This document shows positions 8,916-18,555 of a stretch of DNA of 64,000 bases, one piece after another. Numbering within the stretch: position 1 is the stretch's first letter; every line of letters starts with the position of its first letter. The notes beneath the pieces were generated by a model. It was not told the origin of the DNA. It made no database searches and worked only from the letters and a program-made list of their open reading frames with translations. The stretch comes from an uncultured archaeon (GTDB taxonomy: Archaea; Asgardarchaeota; Heimdallarchaeia; Heimdallarchaeales; Kariarchaeaceae), in contig CAZYCQ010000001.1 in the NCBI GenBank assembly GCA_964645535.1, forward strand, positions 64,001 through 128,000. The letters run 5' to 3'. Both the position numbers and the translations under genes were made by a program.

Positions 8916-10244
8916 ATGCTCAATTTCCGTTTGGGATTAGATGACACAGACAATCCAGAGGGAGGATGCACAACCTATACCTTGACAAAAATAATTGATG
9001 CATTATCAAAAAAAGATCCAAAATTTACACTATTGGATTTCCCAAAATTGATACGATTGAATCCGAATGTCCCATATAAAACGAGAGGAAATGGAGCATT
9101 GGCGTTGCATGGACAAACCAACCTTTCTTTGAAAGAAGTGGAGAAAATTGTCCAACAGATCATAGAAAAGGATACTAGTACATGGCAAAAAGATAGTCGC
9201 ACTGAGCCAAGCTATATTCTGATAGATGAAAAGGATGTTATTGAGAATTCTGAATTTTATTGGTCAGCACTCAGATCTCTTAAACATCCTGATGAAATAA
9301 CCTCATTGCTGAAAAATTCCAAACATTGGTCGAGAAACGACAATCGAAGCTTAGTAGGAAGTTATGCAGCAATTATTGCAGACCTATCGGAAGATTTCAC
9401 TTATGAACTAATTGCTTACAGAAAACCAGAAAATTATGGAAGGAAGAGAGAATTCAATGAAAAATCATTGAAATCACAAATAATGGAAAACAGGGATATG
9501 TTGTTCTCAAACTATGACTTTATTGAAGATAGGGAATTGATTGCCCCTAGTGGACCAGATCCAGTATTTTGTGGAATTAGGGGAGAAGATCCAAGAATAT
9601 TGGTTCAGGTTTTCAAAAACCTCGACATTGCGGAATCATTGGAAGGGTATACGATCTTCAAAACCAATCAGGGAACCGGACATCATTTGAAGAGGCCACA
9701 TCATTCATTTCTTCCCAATTCAGTTCATACGGGAACCTATAGGTTAAGAGAGAACCCAATGATTTTGAAAGGAGGACATGTTAAACTTAAGTGCAGAGAT
9801 GTTTACAAGGCAAGATCTGTAGATCTAATGGTTTTTGAGCCTACCAAGACAATAGTGAAAACTGCTCAAAAGTTGAGGAAAGATGACATCATTCACATTC
9901 TTGGAGGGGTGAAACAAAATGACTTTGGAATTTCAATAGCTGTTGAAGAATTGTTTGTCATTCACCTTGCAGAGCAGATTAAAATCGAACCACCGATTTG
10001 CATTAATTGTAACAAAAGAATGACAAGTGCAGGCAGGTTCAAGGGATACAAATGCAGGAATTGCGGATACAAAATGATGGCAGGCATTCCCAAAAAACAG
10101 AAACGACCAAAAATCACAGCATTTTCCAGATTGCTTCCTGTAGCTTCAGCACAAAGACATCTTACAAAACCATATGAAAGGTACGGAAGAAAACCAGTCA
10201 CCATATCCCCCCATCATTTGAAGGATGTAAGAGTAATATTTTGA
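8916..10244 (+). CDS. tiaS: tRNA(Ile2) 2-agmatinylcytidine synthetase
   Basis: GLDDTD..GGCTTY, LIRLNPNVPYKTRGNGA, TNQGT, OB domain, CxxC...CxxC zinc ribbon, RHLTKP. Confidence 0.95.
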   Translation: MLNFRLGLDDTDNPEGGCTTYTLTKIIDALSKKDPKFTLLDFPKLIRLNPNVPYKTRGNGALALHGQTNLSLKEVEKIVQQIIEKDTSTWQKDSRTEPSYILIDEKDVIENSEFYWSALRSLKHPDEITSLLKNSKHWSRNDNRSLVGSYAAIIADLSEDFTYELIAYRKPENYGRKREFNEKSLKSQIMENRDMLFSNYDFIEDRELIAPSGPDPVFCGIRGEDPRILVQVFKNLDIAESLEGYTIFKTNQGTGHHLKRPHHSFLPNSVHTGTYRLRENPMILKGGHVKLKCRDVYKARSVDLMVFEPTKTIVKTAQKLRKDDIIHILGGVKQNDFGISIAVEELFVIHLAEQIKIEPPICINCNKRMTSAGRFKGYKCRNCGYKMMAGIPKKQKRPKITAFSRLLPVASAQRHLTKPYERYGRKPVTISPHHLKDVRVIF

Positions 10245-10285
10245 AGAGATAACTGCCAAAGCCTTTCCCGAAATGATATAAACTC

Positions 10286-11683
10286 ATGAAAAATACAGCC
10301 TCAGGGATGAACGAGAACTTTGACTATGATGTAATCGTGGTTGGTGGAGGTCCAGGTGGAGCTATTGCGGCATTCACCCTTGCAAAAGCAGGTTACAATG
10401 TTTGTATTTTGGATAAGAAAAAAAGAGAAAGAATCGGGGATAAAACCTGTGGAGACGCCCTTGACAAGGCAACAGTGGATTTGTTGAAAAAGGAAATCGG
10501 AATTGATGAGCCTCAAGGGGATGAAGTTTCAGACATCATTAGCAAAATGAGCATTGCTGCTAACAATATTGAAACAAAAGCAACCTTGACAGCCCCAGGT
10601 TACGTTGTCGACAGATTGAATTACGGTCAGAGACTATTGAAGGATTGTGAAGAAGCAGGAGTAACGGTTATATCACAGGCACCGGTTAGGGACATCATTA
10701 TAGAAAATGAGTTTTTGAAAGGGGTAAAGTTCTATCATGAGGGAGAAACAAAGGAATTGAGAGCTAAATTCACAATCGATGCTTCCGGATCATATGCTGC
10801 AATAAGATCTAGGCTACCTGAAAGTATGAGGTTTGGAAACATAATTGAAAAAGATTTGAAACCCTCTATGGTATGGCCAACATATAGGGAAATAATAGAA
10901 CTCAATGAGGAGAAAACACCCCATCCTTGGTTAGGGGAAATAATACTCCTTTATGAGCGAGAAATTCCAATACCAGGGTACTTCTGGATTTTTTCAAAAG
11001 GACCAAACCGGCTCAATGTTGGTTTGGGTTGGCTCAAAACTGAGAAAAATCAACCACCACTGAAAAAGGCATTGAGAAAAGAATTAGAAAAGTACTACAA
11101 GGAAGAAGATTATCGGGTCATCCGATCAGGAGGAGGTCAGATCCCAATCAGACCTCCTTTTGACACTCTTGTTTTTGATGGAGGAGCTTTAGTTGGAGAT
11201 GCAGGATGTTTGGTGCATCCAACTACAGCAGAAGGTCATGGTCCTGCCTTGGAAAGTGGTTTTTATTGCGCAAAAGCCATGATAAAGGCGCTTGAGAAAG
11301 AGGATTATTCACACAAAGCAATCTGGCAATATAATTTGGACATCATGCATCATTTGGGAGAAAAACATGCTAACGCCCTTTTAATCAGGGAGTTTCTAGA
11401 AAAGGTCGGAGCTGATAGTCTGGAATTCCTTTTGAAAAAGAGGTTTCTTACCAATGATGATTTGGACAAACTAGTTAGAGGACAAGCCGTTCAGCTGTCA
11501 TTGGGGGAGAAAATCAAAAGATTGTTGAGAATTTTTCCGATTTGGAGCCCTGTTTTTCACCTTGTTAAATTACTTAGAAAGTCTGAAGAGGTCAGAAAAC
11601 ATTATCTCGCATATCCAAAGGAGCCAGATCATTTGGAGGAATGGAGGAAGATGCGCAATTCAATTACAGGATGGGGCTTTTAG
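10286..11683 (+). CDS. Geranylgeranyl reductase family flavoprotein
   Basis: VVGGGPGG FAD motif, KTCGDAL, GYFWIF, LVGDAG..VHPTTAEG. Confidence 0.85.
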   Translation: MKNTASGMNENFDYDVIVVGGGPGGAIAAFTLAKAGYNVCILDKKKRERIGDKTCGDALDKATVDLLKKEIGIDEPQGDEVSDIISKMSIAANNIETKATLTAPGYVVDRLNYGQRLLKDCEEAGVTVISQAPVRDIIIENEFLKGVKFYHEGETKELRAKFTIDASGSYAAIRSRLPESMRFGNIIEKDLKPSMVWPTYREIIELNEEKTPHPWLGEIILLYEREIPIPGYFWIFSKGPNRLNVGLGWLKTEKNQPPLKKALRKELEKYYKEEDYRVIRSGGGQIPIRPPFDTLVFDGGALVGDAGCLVHPTTAEGHGPALESGFYCAKAMIKALEKEDYSHKAIWQYNLDIMHHLGEKHANALLIREFLEKVGADSLEFLLKKRFLTNDDLDKLVRGQAVQLSLGEKIKRLLRIFPIWSPVFHLVKLLRKSEEVRKHYLAYPKEPDHLEEWRKMRNSITGWGF

Positions 11684-11752
11684 GTTAGACAGAAGGGGCA
11701 ATGAAAGAAATAATAAATAATCAATATCAAATGGGAATTAAAGGAAGAGACC

Positions 11753-12586
11753 ATGACCAACAACGTCCGCAAATTTCCATTGGTTATTCTTGCAGGTGCA
11801 GAAAAGGAAGATTCTGTCAACTATAAGAAAGATAAATTATTAGAATATGCCAACGTTGACTATAAAGCCTTAATCGAGTTGAATGGGAAACCAATGATTC
11901 TCTATGTGATCAAAGCATTTGTGGAAAGTGGAAGAGTTTCAGAAATATTGATTGTCGGACTTCCAAAGGAGAGATTGACAATCCCCGATTCTCTTAAGAA
12001 AGTACCCATACACTTCATTGAAACAGATGCCCCACATGCAGAAAAATTGATCATTGCCAGTGAATTTCTGATGAAGCAAAATCTTGATACCGACTATGCA
12101 ATGTACATCGGAGGAGACGTCCCAACAATCACTCCTGAAGCCATTAATGATTTTTTGGACAAGTGCAAGGATTTGGACGCAGATTTCTTTTTCTCAATAA
12201 TCCGAGAAGAGACCATGAACAAGATGTTCCCTGAAAACCGAAGAACCTATGCTAGAATGAAGGAAGGCAGGTTTTGCGGAGGAGACCTCCAATTGGTCAG
12301 GTATACACTTGCTCCAGAACGGAAGGAGATAATTGAAAAAATCTTGAATAATAGAAAGAGCGTAATCAAACAAGCATTTTTCATCTCACCTTTAACATTC
12401 TTCAGATTCATCTTGCATAGAGTCAGTATAGAAGAAGCTGAGAAGTTGATCTCAAAGGTTATCAAAGCAAAAATGAAAGGGGTCATCTCATCCTACGCTG
12501 ATCTTGGCTTTGATGTGGATAAACCCAACCAATTGGAACTTGTGAGAAATCTCTTACAAGAGGGAAAGATCAAGTTGAGTTTATGA
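11753..12586 (+). CDS. MobA-like NTP transferase (nucleotidyltransferase family)
   Basis: VILAG...KALIELNGKPMILYV, GDVP, DVDKP. Confidence 0.8.
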   Translation: MTNNVRKFPLVILAGAEKEDSVNYKKDKLLEYANVDYKALIELNGKPMILYVIKAFVESGRVSEILIVGLPKERLTIPDSLKKVPIHFIETDAPHAEKLIIASEFLMKQNLDTDYAMYIGGDVPTITPEAINDFLDKCKDLDADFFFSIIREETMNKMFPENRRTYARMKEGRFCGGDLQLVRYTLAPERKEIIEKILNNRKSVIKQAFFISPLTFFRFILHRVSIEEAEKLISKVIKAKMKGVISSYADLGFDVDKPNQLELVRNLLQEGKIKLSL

Positions 12587-13095
12587 TGCTTGCTCGAATA
12601 TTGGATTTTGACCAATCGGTTTCTTCATCGATTGCCGCCACATTTCGGTCAATTTCAGGGGTATTGCGGTATGTGAAATATACAGCCAATCAATCCAGTT
12701 ATTGGATGGTAATTATTTTCCTTTGGTTTTTTGCCAAGATGAAAATAATGGCAATTCTTTATCTGACGGTGACAATTATTGCAGTTACAGTAATTCTGAT
12801 GCCGCTGAAACTTAACATTAGGAGAAAACGACCAAGGGACAAGATTCAAAATTCACATATTTTCGATGCATATTCTTTTCCTTCAGGACATGCAACAAGA
12901 GTTGGTTTGATTGCTACATTTTCAATTCTCTACGGAACAGAACCTCTCATATCATCAATACTGTTAATTTGGGCAGTCTTGATAAGTCTAGAACGAATTG
13001 TTTCTGAGGAACACTATTTTTTGGACGTGCTTACAGGGATCTTATTGGGAACAATGTCAGGGGTTCTCTCCAATCACCTGTTGATCGGATTTTGA
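12583..13095 (+). CDS. PAP2 family membrane phosphatase
   Basis: K..IRRKRP, SFPSGH, ERIVSEEHYFLDV. Confidence 0.9.
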   Translation: MMLARILDFDQSVSSSIAATFRSISGVLRYVKYTANQSSYWMVIIFLWFFAKMKIMAILYLTVTIIAVTVILMPLKLNIRRKRPRDKIQNSHIFDAYSFPSGHATRVGLIATFSILYGTEPLISSILLIWAVLISLERIVSEEHYFLDVLTGILLGTMSGVLSNHLLIGF

Positions 13096-13103
13096 GGAAA
13101 TCC

Positions 13104-13760
13104 TTAGTGTGATTTGTATCTGACCCTTTCATCAATCTTTCGCATACGTTTCAAAATCCTGTGCCCATCCCTTGCAATCTCCAGATATTGGCCAATAAAG
13201 TTGTCCCATGCAGGTGCCCAAACAGTCGGGTGTGTACTTTGAAGGGTTCGGAGCAAAACATTGATGTCAACTGCTTTCTCCTCAATATGACTCGAGAAAA
13301 GCGCCAAACCAAAATCAATCAGGAAGGTCTTTTCTGTCCTGTTTTCAATAACAACATTGGAAGTAGTCAAATCCCCATGAACAATATTCAGATTGTGCAG
13401 TAGAGCCACTTGTCTCCCAAGATCGGACAAGAAATCAATGCCATGCGGAGTTTCAATGATTTCTTTCAAAAGGGTACCATCTATTTTTTGTATGACAACC
13501 GAAGTTTCTTCCTTATCAATGAAAAAGACAAAAGGGACATTAAGTCCATTCTGTTTGGCTTGAACCAGAACCTTTACCTCTCGAATCAATCTAGCATTCC
13601 GAATTGTTTTATCAAGATGGGGGTGACGATATTTCTTGGGGATACGTTGTTTGATGACGATTTTCCGACCCAAATACTCTCCAGAAAAAATCAATGCCTC
13701 AGCATTCTTTGAAATCAACCTTTCTTTTTTTGGTTTTAACTCATTAAGAGAGTATTTCAC
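13104..13760 (-). CDS. bud32: KEOPS complex kinase Bud32 (stand-alone)
   Basis: AEA, KQRIPKKYRHPHLD, VHGDLTTSN, IDFGL, EEKAVD. Confidence 0.92.
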   Translation of the reverse strand: MKYSLNELKPKKERLISKNAEALIFSGEYLGRKIVIKQRIPKKYRHPHLDKTIRNARLIREVKVLVQAKQNGLNVPFVFFIDKEETSVVIQKIDGTLLKEIIETPHGIDFLSDLGRQVALLHNLNIVHGDLTTSNVVIENRTEKTFLIDFGLALFSSHIEEKAVDINVLLRTLQSTHPTVWAPAWDNFIGQYLEIARDGHRILKRMRKIDERVRYKSH

Positions 13761-13817
13761 AGTATTTCAGGACAGTTGCATTTTAAAGAGATGTCGTTAG
13801 GGACATCTAACCTTAAT

Positions 13818-13885
13818 TGATCATTTATTTTGTGCATATGATCATTCATTTTAACTTAATAATGAAAATTCACCAAATGTTTATA
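13818..13885 (+). promoter_or_regulatory. Putative Lrp operator repeats and TATA box
   Basis: TGATCATTTATTTT (13818-13831) and TGATCATTCATTTT (13839-13852), 21 bp apart; TTTATA at 13880 upstream of the Lrp gene. Confidence 0.45.
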
Positions 13886-13921
13886 CAAAATTTAAAAATT
13901 CAATTCAGATGGAGATAGGTA

Positions 13922-14401
13922 ATGACAGGGCTTGATGAGCTCGATAAGCGTCTGATTTATGAATTAAGAATAGATAGTAGAAAAAGCGTGCGTGAACTCG
14001 CAAAATCATTGGCAGAATCGCCAAGCACCATTTATAACAGACGAAAAAGGCTAGAGGACAAAAATATCATAACCCGTTTTTCGGTGAATTTAGATTTCAG
14101 TCAGATTAATCTAGGAAAATCAGTTTATTTTCTTGTGAAGGTTCGATGGGATGACGAAACATCAGCCCATTCAGTGGCAGAAGAATTGAAGAACAAAAAT
14201 TTCGTCTATCAAATATCGTTGATATCTGGACGGTTTGACATCCTATTGAAGGTGAGACTGCCCTCTGTTGATGAAGTGTCGAATTTTGTTTGGAATGAAC
14301 TCAGGAAAATTCCTGGTGTTGAAGAAATTGAACAATTGCAGGTTTTTGAGGAAGTTTTGAAAGAAGAAGATATCTTGGATCCGTTTCAGCATGAAGATTG
14401 A
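13922..14401 (+). CDS. Lrp/AsnC family transcriptional regulator
   Basis: LDELDKRLIYELRIDSRKSVRELA HTH; ISGRFDILLKV RAM domain. Confidence 0.92.
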   Translation: MTGLDELDKRLIYELRIDSRKSVRELAKSLAESPSTIYNRRKRLEDKNIITRFSVNLDFSQINLGKSVYFLVKVRWDDETSAHSVAEELKNKNFVYQISLISGRFDILLKVRLPSVDEVSNFVWNELRKIPGVEEIEQLQVFEEVLKEEDILDPFQHED

Positions 14402-14466
14402 AAATTGATGCCAATTGGAATTTTATCTTAGCCAATATTTTTAATCATAGACTTCTTGGTTTACAT

Positions 14467-14799
14467 ATGGCTGGAAACATTGTCCAAATGGACGATTCGA
14501 ATTATAAGGAGATATTGAAATCCCATCCATTGGTAATTGTGGATACTTGGGCGGAATGGTGCGCCCCATGCAAGGCAATTGCACCTGTTTTTGAAAGATT
14601 GGCCGCACAATATTCAGACAGACTTACATTTGCAAAAGTAAACACCGATGAGAATCTTGATTTTGCAAGATCGTTCAAGGTACTTTCAATTCCTACCTTC
14701 CTCGTTTTCAAGAATGGAGAACTGGTTAACAAATGGTCTGGTGCTAAACCCGAAAAACTTACCAAGGAAGTCAAGAAACTAGCAGAAGACGATAAATAA
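14467..14799 (+). CDS. trxA: Thioredoxin
   Basis: WAEWCAPC active site, SIPT cis-Pro motif; likely start MAGN at 14467. Confidence 0.92.
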   Translation: MAGNIVQMDDSNYKEILKSHPLVIVDTWAEWCAPCKAIAPVFERLAAQYSDRLTFAKVNTDENLDFARSFKVLSIPTFLVFKNGELVNKWSGAKPEKLTKEVKKLAEDDK

Positions 14800-14878
14800 G
14801 TAAAATTTCACAAAAAAAATCAACTTTTTTATCACTTCCAGAATTTTTACACACGAGTGCTTAAATAGTGACAATTGC

Positions 14879-14924
14879 ATATATAAACATAACACCAGAG
14901 AAAAAGTACCACCAACGGTGGTAC
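14879..14924 (+). promoter_or_regulatory. tfb promoter: TATA box plus perfect inverted repeat
   Basis: ATATATAAA at 14879-14887; GTACCACC-AAC-GGTGGTAC at 14906-14924; GGGTGA SD-like before ATG 14940. Confidence 0.55.
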
Positions 14925-14939
14925 ATTTGGGTGATTATC

Positions 14940-15911
14940 ATGAAGGAAACATGTTCTGATTGTGGCAGCACAAAAATCATTGAACGCTATCGTGAGGGAA
15001 CTCTTGTATGCGGTGACTGTGGACTTGTAATTGATCGTATAATCGACACAAGTTCAGAAATAAGAAGTTCCATCAGTTCTACAGGAACCGTGATTGAAAG
15101 GACAGGCAGCCCCATTTCTAACCTGCGACCGGATCTTGGGTTCTCAACTGAGATTGGAAATCAATCAAGGGATGCCTATGGATCCAAATTGACCGTATTG
15201 ACCAGAGAGAGAATGAGAAGACTCAGGTGGTTGAACTCACGGACATCGAAATCTGAGATTAGAAATTTGAGAGTGGCACTGAGAGAGCTCAAACGTCTGG
15301 CTTCTGCACTTCAAATTTCTCAGGACACTGCATCAACTGCATCGATGTATTACAGGAAAGCACTTAAGGCAAAGTTAATTCGTGGACGCTCAATTAATTC
15401 AATGATAGCGGCAGCCGTCTATTTAGCCGCACGAAAGCACAATTTCGCAATTGTCATCAAGGATTTGGAAGAGGTAAGCACTGTCCCCAAGAAAATCATT
15501 GCTCGATGCATGCGGGTCTATATGCAGGAATTGAACATCAAACCAGAACCAACCAATCCTGAGATGATGGTGTCTCGATTGGCAAGTAAGTTGGACATTA
15601 CCCCAGCAACTCAGAAAGAAGCAATCAAGATCCTCAGACAAACAAGGAACAAAAGATTGGATATGGGCAAATCACCTATGTCAATTGCTGCTGCCGCGAT
15701 TTACTTGGCTTGCCTTCGAACTGGTGAACGAAGAACACAGCAGATGGTGGCACAGGCCGCAATGACAACACCAGTAACCTTGAGAAACCGTTATCGAGAA
15801 ATTTCAGAAGCATTGACCATTAATGTCGAAGTGAAAAGAGGAGCCGCTGCAACACCAGTATATTTCAAATCACCATACAAGAAAGAAAAATCAATTTCAA
15901 AGAAAGATTAA
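14940..15911 (+). CDS. tfb: Transcription initiation factor B
   Basis: CSDC...CGDCG zinc ribbon, two cyclin repeats (LIRGRSI..MIAAAVY; GKSPMSIAAAAIY), TLRNRYREI. Confidence 0.95.
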   Translation: MKETCSDCGSTKIIERYREGTLVCGDCGLVIDRIIDTSSEIRSSISSTGTVIERTGSPISNLRPDLGFSTEIGNQSRDAYGSKLTVLTRERMRRLRWLNSRTSKSEIRNLRVALRELKRLASALQISQDTASTASMYYRKALKAKLIRGRSINSMIAAAVYLAARKHNFAIVIKDLEEVSTVPKKIIARCMRVYMQELNIKPEPTNPEMMVSRLASKLDITPATQKEAIKILRQTRNKRLDMGKSPMSIAAAAIYLACLRTGERRTQQMVAQAAMTTPVTLRNRYREISEALTINVEVKRGAAATPVYFKSPYKKEKSISKKD

Positions 15912-15997
15912 GCATATCGGAACAGTTCCTTCACGCTGTCAACAACGAATTACCTTTATATTCGAATATCTTGGATGGGAATGTAAGAGGATTTACC

Positions 15998-16795
15998 ATG
16001 GATGTATTTGCAATTGCAACACAAAAACCAATTACCTGCAAGCCCACAGAAATATTGGGAAATGCAGTCGTCACGATGTCGTCCAAAAAGTTCAGAAGGT
16101 TACCCGTCGTTGTTGATGAACAACTTGTCGGGATTTTGACTGCCAATGATGTGTTGAATGCACTTAAAAATGAAGGATTGGAATGTCTCAAGAATCCAGT
16201 TAAGCAGTATATGGTGCTGGATCCCATCGCAGTAACCAAGGAAACACCCTTGGGTGAAGCAACTACAATAATGTTTGAACATGGCTTTGGTGGTCTCCCC
16301 ATTGTTTCTGATTATGAAACCTACATTTTGGTAGGCATCATTACTGAGCGAGATCTTGTTAAAGAGTTTGTACACAAGATAGTAGATGCCAACCTTTCTG
16401 ATTTTGTTGCAGAACCAATAACTGTTAACTTTTCGAGGTCAAAGTTACGAAAGGTAATTGAAAAGATGACTGAAGAAAGAACAAGTAGGGTAATTCTAAC
16501 AGGATCAAAAAATTCACTCAAGGGAATAATTTCCTCTTCTGACATTCTTAAGTTAGTTGCAGACAAATACATCCGGGAACAGCTCGAGGAGGATATTCTT
16601 AACTTACCCGCCAAGGAATTGGCTGCGACAAAATTAGTCACGGCTAATATCAATTGGTCTGTCAAAGAGGTCGCAGATCTATTGACAAAATATAATTTTG
16701 GAGGAGTACCAGTAGTTGATGATAATGGCAATCTTGTCGGGATTTTTTCCGAAAGAGACCTCCTTCAAATAATTGGATTGTATGGGTTGTTTTAG
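15998..16795 (+). CDS. CBS-domain protein (four CBS repeats)
   Basis: RRLPVV..LVGILT, GGLPIV..VGIITERD, KGIISSSD, GGVPVV..VGIFSERD. Confidence 0.9.
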   Translation: MDVFAIATQKPITCKPTEILGNAVVTMSSKKFRRLPVVVDEQLVGILTANDVLNALKNEGLECLKNPVKQYMVLDPIAVTKETPLGEATTIMFEHGFGGLPIVSDYETYILVGIITERDLVKEFVHKIVDANLSDFVAEPITVNFSRSKLRKVIEKMTEERTSRVILTGSKNSLKGIISSSDILKLVADKYIREQLEEDILNLPAKELAATKLVTANINWSVKEVADLLTKYNFGGVPVVDDNGNLVGIFSERDLLQIIGLYGLF

Positions 16796-16797
16796 AG

Positions 16798-17463
16798 GTG
16801 GATCATTCATCGTTTATGGAACAAGTGCGAAATAAATTAGCGAACAGAAAAGAGAGACTTGTCAATCGTAACAATTTGAATGATCCTAAGGAAGGAGCTG
16901 TTTTGTTTCCTCTCCTTTATGCACCAGATGAGGAAATCCATCTTCTTTTGGTGAAACGTTCAAACCAAATGAGAAATAACCCAGGAGACATGGCATTTCC
17001 AGGGGGTAAACTGGATCTAGGAGAGACACCAATTGAAGGAGCATTAAGAGAAGCCGAAGAGGAAGTGGGAATTAAACCTAACCAAGTCAAAATACTGGGA
17101 ACCATGGATGAATATGTTTCGAGGAATCATACCGTCGTGCGGGCAGTTGTTGGAGCAATTGAAGTCAATCCCTCAGGAAATTTAAGAGAATGGGCAGAGA
17201 GGGTTTTTGCCCCAAAAACAGAAGAAAATTTAGTGACGCTGGTGATTCCACTCTCACACTTTCTGAATCCACAAGTCTATTCTTCTAAAAAATATATTGG
17301 ATCGAATAATCGAGTGGGATATATTCGCTATTTTGATATTTCCGAATATCTCCCAACAGAAAAAGTTTGGGGACTTACCGCCACGATCATCAGAAGGTTT
17401 GCAGATTTATTTTTTGCACACCAGCTACCTGAAGAGCCTTTGACTCAAGGAATCCAATCATAA
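16798..17463 (+). CDS. Nudix hydrolase, CoA pyrophosphatase type
   Basis: LLVKRS..MR..PGDMAFPGG plus Nudix box GALREAEEEVG; VWGLTA. Confidence 0.88.
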   Translation: MDHSSFMEQVRNKLANRKERLVNRNNLNDPKEGAVLFPLLYAPDEEIHLLLVKRSNQMRNNPGDMAFPGGKLDLGETPIEGALREAEEEVGIKPNQVKILGTMDEYVSRNHTVVRAVVGAIEVNPSGNLREWAERVFAPKTEENLVTLVIPLSHFLNPQVYSSKKYIGSNNRVGYIRYFDISEYLPTEKVWGLTATIIRRFADLFFAHQLPEEPLTQGIQS

Positions 17464-18494
17464 ATCAATTTTTCACCGGTTTGGATATATTGGAATTTGA
17501 CATCTCTTATTTTAAGCAATAGCTGTTCCTGTTCTTGTTTTTCAGGGATAATTTCATTCAAGAGGGTTTTTCCGCTTATAATGGAGGCAATTCCTGCACT
17601 AGAGAGTGAATAGGAAGAATCTCCTTTTGCGATAGCATTTGGATTTTCCTCACCAGTTAAAAGAAGACGATTGTAGTAATCTGGATGAGCTGAAAGAATA
17701 CTGAACCCATGGTGAGGTCTGAAGGACTCTGGATCTTTAATGACCGTATTGAATGCATCTATGGCGGCCTTATTGGGAAGGAAAATATTCCTTGAGATTA
17801 CCCCCCGTAACATTGCCTGGATGGAATATGCCTCTTCAATAATCGAAAATGGGATCATCGTAATAAGTTCATTTATTGTACTTCCATGAATATCTCCCTC
17901 AAAAATAGGAGGTGCATTCATCAACTTTTCAAAATGATCCATGGGAAGAAGGATCATATTAATTTCCCTTACATTCGTAATGAATTTTCCCTTATCCAAA
18001 CTGAATTCAGTGAAGAGTATGCCAGGCCCTGAGATCATGGCCAATTGAACACCCAATTTGTCCTGAACGATTTCAATTTCATTGTTCAGCATGATAATTG
18101 TATCCTTTCGGATTTCAACAACCGGACGATTCAAATAGAAGCCCAAGGTTTTCTTTTCAAGAAGGGCAGACCAAGATGGAATAATCAGCAAGGAATTGAG
18201 GTTCTTCTTTTCAATTTCTCTTAGACGAGCCAATTTCAGTTCTTTGTCAATTCTTTTGATCTCTTCATCGATCGTGTTTATTATTTCATCTACGTTTGTA
18301 GCAAATTGCCTTTTGGGAAAGCCGAAATCACTCATGAATAAAAGCAGATCACGAATGGAGAATTCGCCAAGATCCATTTCATCGAACCGATCTGTGCTAC
18401 TATAATAATATCGTAACAACTCTAGTAGCCTTTTTGTGCGAAGTGCATCTTGGTATGAATCTGTTTTCTCTATGTCTAACGGGATGACATCCAC
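17445..18494 (-). CDS. Hypothetical soluble protein, co-oriented downstream of the SNARE-like gene
   Basis: 349-aa ORF with GTG start preceded by SD-like TAGGAG; short coiled coil near the N-terminus; no family recognised. Confidence 0.7.
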   Translation of the reverse strand: MDVIPLDIEKTDSYQDALRTKRLLELLRYYYSSTDRFDEMDLGEFSIRDLLLFMSDFGFPKRQFATNVDEIINTIDEEIKRIDKELKLARLREIEKKNLNSLLIIPSWSALLEKKTLGFYLNRPVVEIRKDTIIMLNNEIEIVQDKLGVQLAMISGPGILFTEFSLDKGKFITNVREINMILLPMDHFEKLMNAPPIFEGDIHGSTINELITMIPFSIIEEAYSIQAMLRGVISRNIFLPNKAAIDAFNTVIKDPESFRPHHGFSILSAHPDYYNRLLLTGEENPNAIAKGDSSYSLSSAGIASIISGKTLLNEIIPEKQEQEQLLLKIRDVKFQYIQTGEKLIYDWIP

Positions 18495-18555
18495 CTCCTA
18501 TTTATTTTGGTTTCCTTCCTTTTATCATTACCCACAGGGATTAATAGATTTGAAA

